Part shown: in pieces, positions 62,201 through 64,000 of the stretch
Numbering within the stretch: position 1 is the stretch's first letter
Layout of the letters: each line of letters opens with the position of its first letter
Assembly: GCA_051294375.1 (NCBI GenBank)
Contig: CM119263.1
Location: 11,757,130-11,821,129 of the forward strand
From: Paraspadella gotoi
Taxonomy: Eukaryota > Animalia > Chaetognatha
Reading direction: 5' to 3'
DNA: 64,000 nucleotides
Notes under the pieces: model-generated
Told to the model about the DNA's origin: nothing
The model's database searches: none
Seen by the model: only the letters and a program-made list of their open reading frames with translations
Made by a program: the position numbers and the translations under genes

Positions 62201-64000
62201 AGCGAGAAAGGCGAGCGCGAGATAAGACCGGAACGACGACGTCGACGACGACGACAGCTGCGACGACAGCGTAGACTGCCTAACGACAGTCCAAGGAGAA
62301 ACAAGAGCGCAGATGGAAGTCGCGGAAATTAGAAGGTTTCTACCTTCATTTTTTTGAAAATATATGTATATTTATTAAATTGACCAATCTGATTCTAAAT
62401 ACTCATTTTCAATCTTAAGCAAACATGTCGTCACTACGATAAATATTGTAGTTAATCAGCTCATTTTCAGTTTAATTTTCATTTTTTATGTAAAGACATT
62501 CGTATTTCGTTCCGCCATAGCAGCATAATCCGCTATCCTCGCTCTGTAACACTTTTTCCACTCTTTTTAAACGACTATCATCCCACTCCCGCCATCCCCC
62601 GCCACCCCACGACGAATCTTAAAAGGGATTTGGCGGCGACGTTGGCCTCGGTGCGTCGTCGCTTGTCCACCGCCACACGGAGATTCTTGTTGATATTTTG
62701 GGGCGACGGGATTTTGGAGGCGGGCGATAGCTTGGAGGCCGACGCCGTCATGAGGGGGTAGGTGTGGGCGATGGAAGCTGTAATTATTTTTCCCTTCCAG
62801 AGAATTAATTGTTGTAGGTATACTGTTATAACTGTGAGGCTTTACGGAAGACCAAAATTTATAGTAGAACTCAGGAGAGAGAGAGAAAGAGAGATCGTCT
62901 ATTATTCGCGAACGAAAGCTATAACGTTTGGGTAAGGCGACCCATTTTTCTGATGTCGGTAATCAAAGATTTGATTGAAAACAGATTGTAAAAATTAGGT
63001 GATAATCGATGATGATTACGATGGAGATGATAACAGTGATGTAGAACAACTCGGGTCGCGAACATTATTCGGAAGGCAGCCTCTACTCCAGCAGGGGCCT
63101 TATTGGTAAATGCGACGACGGTGACGAAGAGTGATTTAGTGTTCGTCGTAGTCACGGTGCAATATCGACGCCATTTGTTGGAACGGGTTCACTCTCCTTG
63201 GCTTTCCTCTCGTGCCGTTGCCATTCCACTTTCTACTTTTTTTTGGAAGGAATTAAAATTCGCGCTTCTCTTTATATTTATAATATTCATCCTGAGCTTG
63301 TTTATTGTTACACCCACCTCTTCGTCTTTTATACAATGTTCCTTCTATAATTTCCATATTTTTCATACTTCCTTCTCCCTTTTTATGTTTGACGCTTCTC
63401 TTTAGGCTCCATCGTCTCCTTCCTCTTCCTTTTTCCTCCTCTTCCTTCTCTTCCTCTTCCTCCTCTTCATCTTTTCCTTCATTTCCCGACTCGTTTCATC
63501 TGATGGGACTTTTTTTCACGTCTTCTCATTTTGTCACATGCGAAGGTGGGTTGAGGCGAGGGAAAAGGGCCTAGGGGGTAAGTCGGGTGGTAAGTCGGGA
63601 TGCAGAGGCGGTTACGTGGATGGGATCCAGGGATGAAATTGTTTGGAGAAGGGAAGGGAGGGCGAAGGGAGATTTCCAGTTTCTTTCCTCGTCATTTCGT
63701 CTCGACGTTTTGTCAATCTTTGAGTTTCCGCAATTTGTTTTCCAACTTTTTTTTTTCGCAGCCCTAATGTGTGAACGTTTCGAAACCTGCTGTTTTAAGT
63801 TGTTTTCTTTGACATTTTTAAGTAAATCTCGTTCTAATGAGAGATTTATTGTGGTTTTTTAAAGTATCACTGTTTGGAATGAAGGAGCTATAAAGTTTTT
63901 AAAAAATTCTTCATGTAAAAAAATATCTTAATCTCTAATTTTAATTCTAATTCTAATTCTAATTTTAGTTTCCTTCAAGCAAAAGTCATTGATTTGTTTT

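Overview
AT-rich, intron-containing invertebrate DNA with many (AG)n and other microsatellites. It is probably a protostome and possibly a nematode; this is inferred from gene content, not proven. The ORF track is mostly noise, so gene models were built by hand from splice sites and reading phase. 0.2-8 kb: three co-oriented paralogues of an unrecognised 5-exon, Cys/Pro-rich protein of about 228 aa, with a complete 10-exon ABHD17-like hydrolase on the opposite strand between copies 1 and 2. 12.2-14.1 kb: a divergent ionotropic (iGluR/IR-type) receptor with no visible N-terminal domain. 15-52 kb: non-coding or large-intron DNA with satellites, RFX X-boxes and a few GC-rich islands that could not be assembled into a gene. 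53-61 kb: a low-complexity, Gln-rich multi-exon gene of unknown identity. Its second intron holds the most striking feature: a ~300-430 nt, almost fully nested multi-junction RNA fold ending in a hairpin plus T5, with an in-frame 57-nt candidate exon clamped inside one stem. All folds were paired by eye and no database searches were run.
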